A stretch of 64,000 bases of DNA from Octopus sinensis. Taxonomy: Eukaryota. The stretch is from contig NC_043012.1 of NCBI RefSeq assembly GCF_006345805.1, forward strand, positions 46,748,001 through 46,812,000, given 5' to 3'. Shown here one piece after another: positions 26,816-39,313 of this stretch. Position numbers and translations under genes: made by a program. The notes beneath the pieces were generated by a model, which saw nothing but the letters and a program-made list of their open reading frames with translations, was not told the origin of the DNA and searched no databases. The first letter of the stretch is position 1, and the number at the start of each line of letters is the position of its first letter.

Positions 26816-27915
26816 TGAAAATATAAAAGCGTTAATTCAAATCATGTACAGACATACTTACATACGCATATGGACATAAAGATAGCGAAAGTGTGAGATT
26901 GATATATAGGATATATATGCAAAAAGGGATACATGATGCGTGTAGATTGTTGACAGTTATTTGTATGATATATATATGTCGAGAAGATACGTAAAAAAAA
27001 TCAACAACCTTAAAAATATTATATAATGTAATCGAAAAAAAGGAAGAGACCGTTCAAATTAGTCAGAACAATACACCAAATATTAGTTCTTTAAATATGA
27101 AAAATATAATAGCAATATAAAGGCATATAATAGCTTGTGAATGGCAGAGTAGAACAATTCTCGCAGCACAGGCTTATATATCACTGAGTTTACATCATGT
27201 AAACGCCAACTGTATACCATTACGTTTTCATCATGCAAACGATGCTTATATCAAGAAATATAAGTTGAAATCCTATACAAGAATTAACTAGAATTAATTA
27301 GAATTTACTAGTATAATATTCACAAAGTCCATCATCGCATTGTACTAACCCTATATTACTTAAATTACTCTAGTTGAAACTGTAATATTCAAAATAGTAT
27401 TCGGTAGCATTATCTAAATTAATGCTGAAATTCTCGTGAATTTTAAGGTATTTTAATGCTCATTATATGATGAATGCTCTCGTTCACAAAACAAGTAAAC
27501 GACATCTTTTGACGTATCTCTGCATAGTTATGGAAAAGTGGAATCCACTTTGGCAAAATTAGACGAGATGCACAGATTACACTTAGTAAAATATAAGACA
27601 ATAATCTTCTAGAGTCGGACTATATATATATATATATATCAAATATGGGCTCGCAGTATATTATCACATAAGCAGGGTGTAATAAATAATAAATGACGAA
27701 AATCCAGATATCCAACATTGTATTCTAAATATTACAGTAAAACTGTGATATATGTGAGAAACTCAGATAAATATTAACTATATCGGAAAATATATGTTAG
27801 CTACAAATCTGAGAAACTATCAGCATTTATAAAACACGGAGATAAAGTTAGCAAAGTAATGTCATTGATAACTGGAAGTAATATTCAGCAATCAATTTAT
27901 CCATCTGCGTGTGTA

Positions 27916-27948
<33 letters not shown>

Positions 27949-27952
27949 AAAG

Positions 27953-28115
27953 ACCGATGTTGGTGTGTTTACGCCCCCATAACTTACCGGTTTGGCAAAA
28001 GCGAGCGATAAAATATGTAATAGGTGTACGATGAATGAGCTTGGGGTCGATTTCTTCGACCAAGAAACAGTGCTCCATCATGGTGGCAGTTAAATGACTG
28101 AAATAAATAAAGAAA
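27953..28115 (+). mobile_element. SINE family B 3' half
   Basis: ggtgtgtttacgccccc..aactta.cggtttggcaaaag...aaatgactgaaataa. Confidence 0.75.
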
Positions 28116-28173
28116 TGACAGAGTGTATATATATATATATTTAGCAAAATAAAAACAAGATGCAAAGGATTTA

Positions 28174-28260
28174 GCGGTACATATGTTTCGGGCCTTTATT
28201 AGACGGTTTATAACATTGCATAATTGATGTAAATGTGTATCTATAGCCTTCTTCAGCCGC
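28174..28260 (-). ncRNA. Type I hammerhead ribozyme (left arm of inverted repeat)
   Basis: Minus: GCGG-CUGAAGA-A-GGCU[...]GGCC-C-GAAA-C-AUAU-GUA-CCGC; intact core, palindromic loop III, A.C at the base of stem II. Confidence 0.75.
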
Positions 28261-28311
28261 GTACAATTACAACTTATAATGTAATACATGTCCTTGAAGT
28301 AGTAATTGTAC

Positions 28312-28397
28312 GCGGTGAAGAAGGCTATAGATACACATTTACATCAATTATGCATTGTTATAAACCGTCTAATAAAGGCCCGAAACATATGTACCGC
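28312..28397 (+). ncRNA. Hammerhead copy lacking core C3 (right arm of inverted repeat)
   Basis: GCGG-UGAAGA-AGGC...GGCCC-GAAA-CAUAU-GUA-CCGC; single-base deletion in the core. Confidence 0.7.
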
Positions 28398-28721
28398 TAA
28401 ATCCTTTGAATCTTCTTTTTATTTTGATAAATACACTCTATCACCTACATCACTAAATGTCATATACAGGTGCTTACAATTATCAAGTATTCACCCTGAA
28501 TTTTATATATATATATATATTCATGTGTGTGTATATATATATATATGTAAATATATGTATAAATAAATAAACATTTATACATAATATATATATATATATA
28601 TACACACATACAGACATCTATATACATTATATATATATATATAATATTATATATAATATTAAAAAATTATATATATACATATATGCACATGCATACGTAT
28701 ATGTACATGCATCTAAACGTA

Positions 28722-28760
<39 letters not shown>

Positions 28761-28958
28761 TATATACATATATATGGGCACAGAATGTCATGGAACGCGT
28801 GCAAAATAATAACACGAAGTATGAGTACATGCAATATGGGCTATTTTTTCGAACAACAAAAGACACAAATGGGAAACAAGACAAAAAGCATATCAACGAC
28901 CCTTCATCACTTGTTGGCCGTTTTTCTACTCTCGTATTTCAAGCATTTAACAACAATA

Positions 28959-28995
<37 letters not shown>

Positions 28996-29004
28996 CTATA
29001 TCTA

Positions 29005-29054
<50 letters not shown>

Positions 29055-29065
29055 CCTATCTATCA

Positions 29066-29141
<76 letters not shown>

Positions 29142-29183
29142 CTCTCTCTATATATATATATATATATAGAGAGATAGATAGAG

Positions 29184-29216
<33 letters not shown>

Positions 29217-29559
29217 TATACATATATACAAAGACACATAAACACACACATACAAACACACACATATATATATCTATACTTGTGACTGTTCGATAAGAAA
29301 CTTGATTCCCAACGACATGGTTCTGGGTGTGTGTGTATGCGTGTGTGTGTGTGTGTGTGTATGTGTGTGTGTGTGTGTGTGTGTGCATGTGTGTGTAACA
29401 CGAAGTATAGAAGGATAATGGGACATAAACAACAAAACATGCATAAAAACATATTTGATTTACTACAAAATGAATCCATAATTCCTCAGGTATCATAGAT
29501 TTATAGAGCATTCATCATAGCGGAAAAACTTTAAAATAATACCCTAACGCAAACGACTG

Positions 29560-29940
29560 AAATTTTATAAACAGAAAATTGTCATTACTACGGAAAATTA
29601 CAACAAAGGCGTTGGTGTATAGATATGAGGTAAACGCAACATATAGCATTGAAACAGAATGTACAAGACTATCAGGAAGAACATTCAAAACCAAATATGC
29701 ACAACATATTCACTCACTCAGAGTGAGGAATAAAATCAACACGTCATACTTGCCACAATATTAGTGTCAAACATACCGAGAAAGAAGGAATCAGATGTGT
29801 TATGAAAAGGACGACAGTCAATAGAATGAGATACACAACGGTGGAATGAATTTTATTTGAAGACAAAATTGTATACTAATAATCACACCATTCACAATAT
29901 TGAGCAGAAGAGATTATATATACTAAAATGTAATATTATT
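29560..29940 (+). mobile_element. Penelope-like GIY-YIG endonuclease remnant
   Basis: ALVYRYEV...LSGRTFKTKYAQHIHSLR...YNGG...LSRR..Y.KC-like string across frameshifts. Confidence 0.5.
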
Positions 29941-30403
29941 TCTTTCATTCTTAAAACGGTTTGCTTAAATGATTTTACGTGAATTGAATCAAGAATAATT
30001 ATTAACTTCAAATAATGGTGAACGTTGTGGAAGGATATGACATTCAACAAGATTAAATATATCTGGTGTTGAAAAAAGAAATGAATTGCGCATAACTAGT
30101 GGGTATCAAATTACGAAGCCACAAAACTAAATGGCAGGGGATGAAAAATGAAATAGATATTTTAAGCAATTCAGTTCACTGTAGGGATTGTATTCTCACG
30201 AAATTTGCTTCGGGGAAGTGAAGAGTATAAAAAGCGTAGTGTTAAGGAGTAAGTGTGGTTTCTGTAGAAATAGATGTCTTCTATAGGATTTTGAATCAAA
30301 ACGCAGAATACGTACATACATACATATATACATACACATATACATAGACAAGTATATATATAAATATATATATATATATTATATACATACATACATACAT
30401 ACA

Positions 30404-30436
<33 letters not shown>

Positions 30437-30647
30437 TACGCTTCCAGCTTAGTTTTCTTGGAGGGCTGGCCGTGATCTAGTAATCTCAGGATTAATCAGC
30501 CGAAATTACTACGATGATCCGGTTCTTGACTGAAGACTGAGGGGTTCGAATGTCCTGTCCATGTTTATTGTATCGTCTTCTATGAGTTATACGTTCTTGT
30601 CCATGTTGTATTTTTCTACATACCTTAATATATATATATATATATAT

Positions 30648-30683
<36 letters not shown>

Positions 30684-31154
30684 CTAGCAGTATCGCCCGG
30701 CGTTGCTCGGGTTTGTAAGGGAAATAACTATATAAGCATTTTTAGAGAGTTACTTCCCTTATAGATGCCAATTCGGGCCATGAAGTCGTTGTTCTAAAAG
30801 AACGCTGGTCTCCTTGACAACGCTTTACGACGTTGATTTCCTTACACTCCCTTCCCCACAGCTTCACGAGGGAGGGAAGAAGGGAGAGAAGCAAACAGGT
30901 GCAGGTGTGACCATGGACGCCAACTCCGCCGCCATCGACACACGAAAAATTATGCATTAAAATGGAATAAAAAATGATGTTAAATTATTTTTAAAATCGT
31001 AGACTCATCGTAGACGCGCTTTAATACTCAGACGGGCTCAATATGAATCACGACTATAAGATACCCGAATTTGGTTAAACTGCAAAATGTGGGAGTAGTT
31101 AGGAATCTAAATAGGGGACAGACACTCACACAACTACAGTTTTATATATATAGA
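30684..31154 (-). mobile_element. Non-autonomous Helitron
   Basis: Minus 5' A|TCTATATATATAAAAC; 3' hairpin CCCGAGCAACGCCGGG then CTAG; ends resemble those of 26097..26815. Confidence 0.75.
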
Positions 31155-31309
31155 TATATATATGTATGTATGTATGTATTCATTTATACATCTATCTTCG
31201 CATTTTGACTTCATGAATGTGCTATAACAAATATACAGAGAAGAGGGAAATGTACTAATAATGGATGAAAAATATAGATAGTATTTAATATAAAAGCAAC
31301 TTCTATGGC

Positions 31310-31405
31310 TGGGACTACCACTACTACTACCAGCACCGCCACTACTACTACTACTACCACCACCACAACCACCACTGCCACCACCACTACTACTAACACC
31401 ACCAT

Positions 31406-31449
<44 letters not shown>

Positions 31450-31654
31450 ACACCACCACCTTTCTATTTCCATTGCCGTCTCGCGATAAAGATAACAACA
31501 AATGACATCATCAACAACAGCAAAAGCAACAGACGTAATAATAACAATAATACTAATAATAAAAATAATAATAATAATTATTATTATTATTATTATTGTT
31601 ATTATTATTATTATTATTATCATTATTATTATTAGTAGTAGTAGTAGTAGTAGT

Positions 31655-31686
<32 letters not shown>

Positions 31687-31687
31687 T

Positions 31688-31766
<79 letters not shown>

Positions 31767-31785
31767 TAGTAATAATAATAATAAA
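31310..31785. repeat. Compound (ACT)n...(AAT)n(ATT)n(AGT)n microsatellite
   Basis: Direct run; explains poly-T/V/I/S ORFs. Confidence 0.9.
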
Positions 31786-32062
31786 AAAGCATTCAGCGTT
31801 ATAATTATCTTTGCAAGCAGAGTGTTAGGAAATAATGAGATGGAAAGTATGAAAGTACATGGATTAACGACGTGGGTGGGTGGGACTCACTATATATGTA
31901 CGCACGCATGTGTGTATTTGTGTATATACTTATATATACATACATAGATAAAGAAACATATATTTACTGTATTCGAGCAAATATGATTTTTATAAGTAGT
32001 TTCCTGCGTCGATAGTCCATCAACTTTTATAGCTTTGATCTGATTGATACATAATACATACA

Positions 32063-32094
<32 letters not shown>

Positions 32095-33378
32095 AAGGGC
32101 GGAAGAATTCACGAGCAGTGAACGTCCATCCAACGAATATGTGTATGTATAGATCTTTTCTGTTCATAATATAATACTCATATGTATATATCTGTATATT
32201 TTTACATTTATATATATATATATATGTTATTAGTATTAAAATCTTATTTACATGTATAACTCCCATGTTCTAAATGTTATTTTGTTTTTTTATGTTCATG
32301 TATGAATGAGCTACTTGCACTGCACACCGGAGTGATATTTGATCACTTTCTAGAGTGTCTGGTTGTCAGTATGTTGTCTGGAATGGGATAGATTACCTCA
32401 TGGGCAGGTAGAAGCTCTTTAACCTTCGTTGGTAATCTACATTGGAGAAGCAAATCTCCGAAATAAAACCTGAGGCAACAGAAGTTCCTGGTTTTGTTAA
32501 TTTTCATGTCACATCGACGAAAGTCTTCATGCGTCAATAGGTGGGGGTAGTGCAGTGCAAGCTGCACCCACTGAAAATTATTTATCTGCACAGATATTTC
32601 TTGTACACAAAATCTTAGTAAAATTATTGGATTGGTTGGTTGGCAGACACCTAAAAATGCACGCGTTGCTTACTCTAAAATGTCTCAAACAGATACTGCA
32701 AATGGCCCAAAAGGCTTTGGAACGTCAAGCGAGCAGATCTTGCTCGGTACGTGTCACAGAGATACATAATAATGCATAAACAATGTCCAAGCCGGGCATT
32801 AATATGGCATTGCTACTTCATGTCTCTATAATTTGTTGGTTTGTGTTACGTACGTTCGATCTGTGAAGGTATGCAAATACTTCAGTAATGTAGTGACACA
32901 CATATTTCATGAAGCAGTTAGTTTGTCTTAAAAGGTGCACTGGCAGGTCGTATGCTGAAGCCCACCAGCTGGCAGAAGCCAAATCTACACACACACGTGT
33001 ACGCAGAAATACATGATAAAACTTACGCAATCTTTCAATCAGACCGAGACCCGAATATTAAGTGTATATATATATATACTTATATATATATATATATATA
33101 TATAAATATTTAAAAATTGAGGGAGATAAATTAATATTAATTTTAATATCAATTTAAAACCAGTAGTCCAGCATTCAAAAAATCTGAGGAGTCAGAGAAA
33201 ATTCAAATATATGTGATATTGGCAGGGCTGGCCTGCTAGGTAGCCGGCCAGAATGCTAGAAGAAGATCATCAACGATCAAACTACAAGGGAAATTCTCTA
33301 GAGGAAGAATTCAGCGAACACCAGAACCAACTTTGGCGGGCAGAACATATGAAAAATTAAATAAATAACAGACTTAAA

Positions 33379-33450
33379 TGCATACCTCGGTTTCGGTCTT
33401 AACAAAAGAATTACTTGCATAATTCAAGTGTCCGTGACTTCATCAGTACA
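33379..33450 (-). ncRNA. Type I hammerhead ribozyme, unit 1
   Basis: Minus: UGUA-CUGAUGA-A-GUC[37 nt]GAC-C-GAAA-CCGAG-GUA-UGCA; stem I UGUA/UGCA; predicted cleavage between 33383 and 33382. Confidence 0.8.
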
Positions 33451-33924
33451 TTCGGTCCTCGAGATGCAAACTGCAAGACTAACCCCAGCTCTCTGTGTCA
33501 AGACAGACACGTGCTTAGTCTTACTGATTACATCGGGAATAAAATTTCAAATGTCTTGGTTTTGGCGCGCTGAGAGACTCCTGAAGCAAAGGGCTGCAGT
33601 GAATAATTCACTGCGGGTATTGCTTACAACTAGGGAACGTATTTATTTAAATATTTAAAAATTGAGGGAGATAAATTAATATTAATTTTAATATCAATTT
33701 AAAACCAGTAGTCCAGCATTCAAAAAATCTGAGGAGTCAGAGAAAATTCAAATATATGTGTATATTGGCAGGGCTGGCCTGCTAGGTAGCCGGCCAGAAT
33801 GCTAGAAGAAGATCATCAACGATCAAACTACAAGGGAAATTCTCTAGAGGAAGAATTCAGCGAACACCAGAACCAACTTTGGCGGGCAGAACATATGAAA
33901 AATTAAATAAATAACAGACTTAAA

Positions 33925-33996
33925 TGCATACCTCGGTTTCGGTCTTAACAAAAGAATTACTTGCATAATTCAAGTGTCCGTGACTTCATCAGTACA
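33925..33996 (-). ncRNA. Type I hammerhead ribozyme, unit 2
   Basis: Same motif as unit 1, offset by 546 bp. Confidence 0.8.
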
Positions 33997-34422
33997 TTCG
34001 GTCCTCGAGATGCAAACTGAAAGACTAACCCCAGCTCTCTGTGTCAAGACAGACACGTGCTTAGTCTTACTGATTACATCGGGAATAAAATTTCAAATGT
34101 CTTGGTTTTGGCGCGCTGAGAGACTCCTGAAGCAAAGGGCTGCAGTGAATAATTCACTGCGGGTATTGCTTACAACTAGGGAACGTATTTATTTAAATAT
34201 TTAAAAATTGAGGGAGATAAATTAATATTAATTTTAATATCAATTTAAAACCAGTAGTCCAGCATTCAAAAAAATCTGAGGAGTCAGAGAAAATTCAAAT
34301 ATATGTGTATATTGGCAGGGCTGGCCTGCTAGGTAGCCGATGTAATCAGTAAGACTAAGCACGTGTCTGTCTTGACACAGAGAGCTGGGGTTAGTCTTGC
34401 GGTTTGCATCTCGAGGACCGAA

Positions 34423-34668
<246 letters not shown>

Positions 34669-34729
34669 TATATATAATATATAGTATCATATTTTATATA
34701 TATACTTAAATATATATATATATATATAA

Positions 34730-34926
34730 AATTATAATTTAGGATAGCTAAGAAATACCTCCACGCCGGGAATAGCAGTCAAAATTTCACTCTAAAACCA
34801 CATTAAATGTTCATACTGCACCATACTCCTGGGGCAGTATGATCTTTTAATGTGATTTTAGACTCAAGTTTCTGCTGGTATTTCCAGCGTAGAGGAGATA
34901 TCACTTAGATACCCTAAATTATAATT
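34730..34926. repeat. ~197-bp imperfect palindrome (foldback/MITE-like)
   Basis: Arms pair along the length (aattataatttagg/cctaaattataatt, tctaaaaccacattaaa/tttaatgtgattttaga, tcatactgc/gcagtatga) around a 6-nt loop at 34824-34829. Confidence 0.85.
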
Positions 34927-35091
34927 TTAATAATAATTATTACCTTTGAATGTTTTTATTCCCATGTGGGCCACTTGATAGGACCGATAATTAAATTAAC
35001 GATCTTATCCTTATACATATATATATATATATTCATACGTTTAAGTAAAAACTTCATAATGATTATATATATATATGTATGTATGTGTATG

Positions 35092-35122
<31 letters not shown>

Positions 35123-36409
35123 TATATATATGTTCAATAACTGTACTGTTATCTTTAGTGTTTTGAAGCATTCACTATCACCTCCCACCAGGTTTCATAT
35201 ACACTGTATCCGATATATATCATGTAACAAATATATATTTTGTAAATTTGTTTAATACAATTTTATTTCAAATCTCCCGGTTGCAAAGAATACCTCCAAA
35301 TAGGTCAACAGAAAATCACTCTAGTTTCCTGTTGCTATATTTTATTTGTAAACAGTGACCTACTAGTAGAAACAAAAAGCAAAATTAAAACCATTTCTTT
35401 CACATGATCATATTTACACGCTTGATATTATGCTCTGTCACTTATGTGAGAGATTGTTAAAGTAATCTTTTCTACTAACCATTACCAAACATAGTAGTAC
35501 AAACAACCAGGTTAAACTTAGTTGTAGGTGTTAATTATGGAATCCTTTGTAAGTAATATTTTAGCTATGATCCTATCGTGAAAATCCAACGAAATATTCA
35601 ACACAACTTAGTGATGTGAATATTTATAGAATAAGATATTCCGAAACAAGGAGAAATATAAGCATTGGATTTCAGGCAATGCGCATGATATGACAACACC
35701 ATATAGTGCATAAGCTTCCATTTTATCTTAGAAACAGAAAGCGAAAATATATGTTGAGATTGAAAATTAAAATAACATCACTGTAAATATACAGAGGATT
35801 ATTTTACAATAACAACCATGCTTATGAACATAAAATGTTTTATTAAAGAAATGAATTTAGAAGGAACGAGCTTCAGCGATATCAAGCGAAATGGATATCA
35901 AGCAACATCACTCATCATAACACAAATGAAGATGGAGACCGTTTTGAAAGTTCTTAACATTTTAATGGAGAATGTAAGGGGATACGATGAAAAGTTGTAT
36001 AAAAATACTAGAGATCCTAAAGCCATAGTAATTTTAGCTCGAGTGCTCCATATTATCGATCTTGATATGAGAATATCTTCCTGGTATAATATATCTCAAT
36101 ATAAACAAAACAGTGAATTCCCAAAGTGAGACTAGCAAAAATATAGCAATCAAAAGGGGGTGACTGTATCTGTAGTGAAGTATATAATTATAGATGTGGT
36201 GTGTTAATATTTGCTTTTATGTATAAATATATAAGTCTGTATGTATGCTGTGTGTGTTTTTGTTTCTTCACATTTATGTATGTATATAAATATGTATATA
36301 TATAAATTGCTTTGCAAGAAGCTGGTGGTGGTTCGTTTCAGCAAGAATTGTAGTTATTAGAACAGAGAACGAAACTAATTAAATCTAGATGCCGTTGGGA
36401 TGGCGTCTC

Positions 36410-36441
36410 AACCGTTTCGAGCAACAGCTTTCTTCAGGTTT
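36410..36441 (-). ncRNA. Decayed hammerhead-like motif of a PLE terminal repeat
   Basis: Minus: AAC-CUGAAGA-AAGC-uguu-GCUC-GAAA-CG-GUU; core and stem II present, cleavage triplet missing. Confidence 0.4.
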
Positions 36442-37353
36442 GCGATGAAATAGAAAGAAAAGGAAGATACAAGTATTTTTTTTTTTGATCCTGTGGATTA
36501 TCTCTTTTGACAGCTACTTAGAGAACACGAAACAGCTGAAGACTGAAAGCGTAGACAGGAAATAGTAGTAGGCAAATGATAAAGCAGAAATTACTATATT
36601 TACAAAGAAAGAGAAACATTTTTTTAAAACACAACGGTGGCATGATCCCAAGGTGGCATGATTCTTACGCTTCCTTGAGCGGACCAATCACGTGCAGAGA
36701 TACAGTGGTTAATGTATAGCCAGTCGTGTTGAAGTTGGTGATGACAAGTAGACCTGTCATATGTTGAAGCTTACAAGGAATGTTTTCTCGAAAGCATTCA
36801 GGCGGCCTATTAATGTATACTGAGGTCGCTAGAAGCCTAGCATAAATTTTGTGAGACGTAGGGCAACTTATAGCTGCAGTGCTGTAACTACGTGTTGTAA
36901 CTACGACGATCCAGCTTTTAAATCCTTGATTACGTAAGTTAGGTAGGTGGTAGCCATGAAGGCTATTCGAAGTTTCTCTGATTCTTTACAAGAAGAAATG
37001 ATACAGGAGACACAATACTGATGAAGATGCTTTCGGATAGAGTTTACAATTAATTCTGTAAGTATCAGGAATGCGGATAGTGTAGGAGAGAAGTGTCACT
37101 GAGTGGCATGAGGGACTGCAAAATTTTCACATTCTAATAAGAAATCGAAATCGATGATTGCGAATCGTATAATGGGTTCAGTGTGCTTGAGGTGAGAGGA
37201 AATAGTGGAGCTGCAGTAAGAGACGGTGAATTTCTAATGGCTGAAGGTGGCTATTGGATATTGTAGTGTGGGGATATCAACAACTGCAAAGATGGTTATA
37301 CATACACATGCCTTTGCATGTGTTCATGTATTTATGTATGTATATGTAGAAAT

Positions 37354-37427
<74 letters not shown>

Positions 37428-38099
37428 CCATACAAATTAATACACATATACGTCATTAAAACTCTATTGGGAAATATTTTCTTAAAACCCCAAGCGATAG
37501 TAAACTAATTGAAAGCAAGCATTACGTTCCGTTCCGAATTACTTCAATTATACATGAAGTCGGTTTTACAGGCAGGTAGGGTTCGTAGAGGCATGGAATG
37601 AATGAAGTTTTTATGATTCCGACACACTACGTTTAGCAACCGAGCACTTCATTTCACTTTATGAGTTTTGGACGCGGTTGAATTTTCTGTAAACGAACTC
37701 AATAGATTATGAATAAATCCACCATACTTTCTTCAATACATACATACATACATACATACATACATACATACATACATACATACATACATACATACATACA
37801 TACATACATACATACATACATACATACATACATACATACTGTTGTGTGGAAGTAGAATACCTCTATTTGGTTGGCTCCTAATGGACTGTGCCACAATATA
37901 AATGGACATGCGTAGAAAGTGTGGGGAGAGAAGCGCCTCACAATTTTGGGGGGTTGTTCCACATTGTTATTATATATTTTTGTAGGTCTCCCCGCGCGGA
38001 AAAATCAAGATTCATTAAATTGTTAAATTCTTGGATTACTAAAGTGTTGAATTCTGTCGCTGTTTTTGCCTGTTTTGGAGATAATTTCTTTCCCAGTTA

Positions 38100-39313
38100 T
38101 GGGTGAATTGGTGAAAGGAGGTGAAATGGAGCGTGTCGCAAGTTATCCATCCGCAACTACACAATGTATTACGACGAACACCTTTGAAGTTCGTGAGATA
38201 AAAACAGACACAAAGGAATGGAAAAAAGGAAACACACTGTTACAAAAGGAAGGGGCCAGGCTAAATCTGAACCAACCAGAAGAAGTGACGAAGAATGTAG
38301 CAAGGAAAACGGTTATGTACAGGACGTTATCAAACGCTACCAAAGAAATAGAGATTGTCCCAATAGAGGCAATTGAGGAATGTCTACGTGAAAGGACTGT
38401 CCACATTCTATACAAGTGGAAGAAAATAGGATACAGTAGATGTTAGGTTCTCCAGTGAGGAGGACGCTATTAACCACTCCATTGAGCCGATAAGAGTGTC
38501 CCCGAGATCGAAGAGGCATGCATGGTGGCAGCAGTCATGCACAGAATGGAGAAAGGTGCAAGGATTCTGAAGATAACCAGAACGAAGAAAGTTAATTGCT
38601 GGGGCTACGACCTAGAAATGCCAATTCAAGTTGGGCTAAAAGACCTAAACGGAATTGTAGAAGAGATTCTTCTACCAGAAGATATTACGCTAAGAGTGGT
38701 GGTGAAGGTTAGATCACCAATATGTTTTTTTGTGTGGAGTAAGGGGACACATGAAGGCGAAGTGTCCCCAGAAACACGAGGAGGAAATAACAGAACAAGA
38801 AATTCAAGAAGAAGAGAGTACAACCATTTCGGAGGAAATGGAGGAGAAATTTACGGTGGTCAAAAGGAAAATGGACTTAGAATCACCACCAAAATGCCCC
38901 AAGGAGAAAAGAGAAAGACAAAGGAAGAGGAGAACAAGAAAGAAAAGAGAAAAAATGGAAAATCAAATGAAAAATCAAGTGAAGTGCGAACGCACGAAGC
39001 GTCGCCTTCAACTAGCATAGAACAAAGAGTACGAAATAAGAAAGGAAACGAAAGAGACAGCGAAGTAGAAACGGGGATAATTGAGACGGACGAAGAGAGT
39101 GGTGAAGGATATCAGAGAATGATGCCCAGAGGGAGAAACTTAAGAAACCTCATAATATATGAAAAAAGCATCGAAATTGAAAAGAGAGTAACAAAAATGA
39201 AATATGTTATCAGAGTAAAAATGGCAAACCTTGAAGGTAAGAAGGGCGTGCTGTTGGAGAGAGAAAGAGGGGAGTGGTTAGGAGAACTATTTAGAAAAAG
39301 AAAAAAGAGTTGA
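38100..39313 (+). pseudogene. Frameshifted gag-like/ORF1 remnant of a non-LTR retrotransposon with CCHC zinc knuckle
   Basis: Joining frames gives ...VPIEAIEECL...DTVDVRFSSEEDA...LPEDITLRVVV..RSPICF.CGVRGHMKAKCP (CX2CX4HX4C), then an E/K/R-rich tail. Confidence 0.65.

Noticed and set aside
32314-32561. 12-bp inverted repeats (cttgcactgcac) ~250 bp apart
   Set aside because: No target duplication and no second copy in the window; insufficient for a MITE call.
35818-36129. 103-aa ORF
   Set aside because: No recognisable domain.
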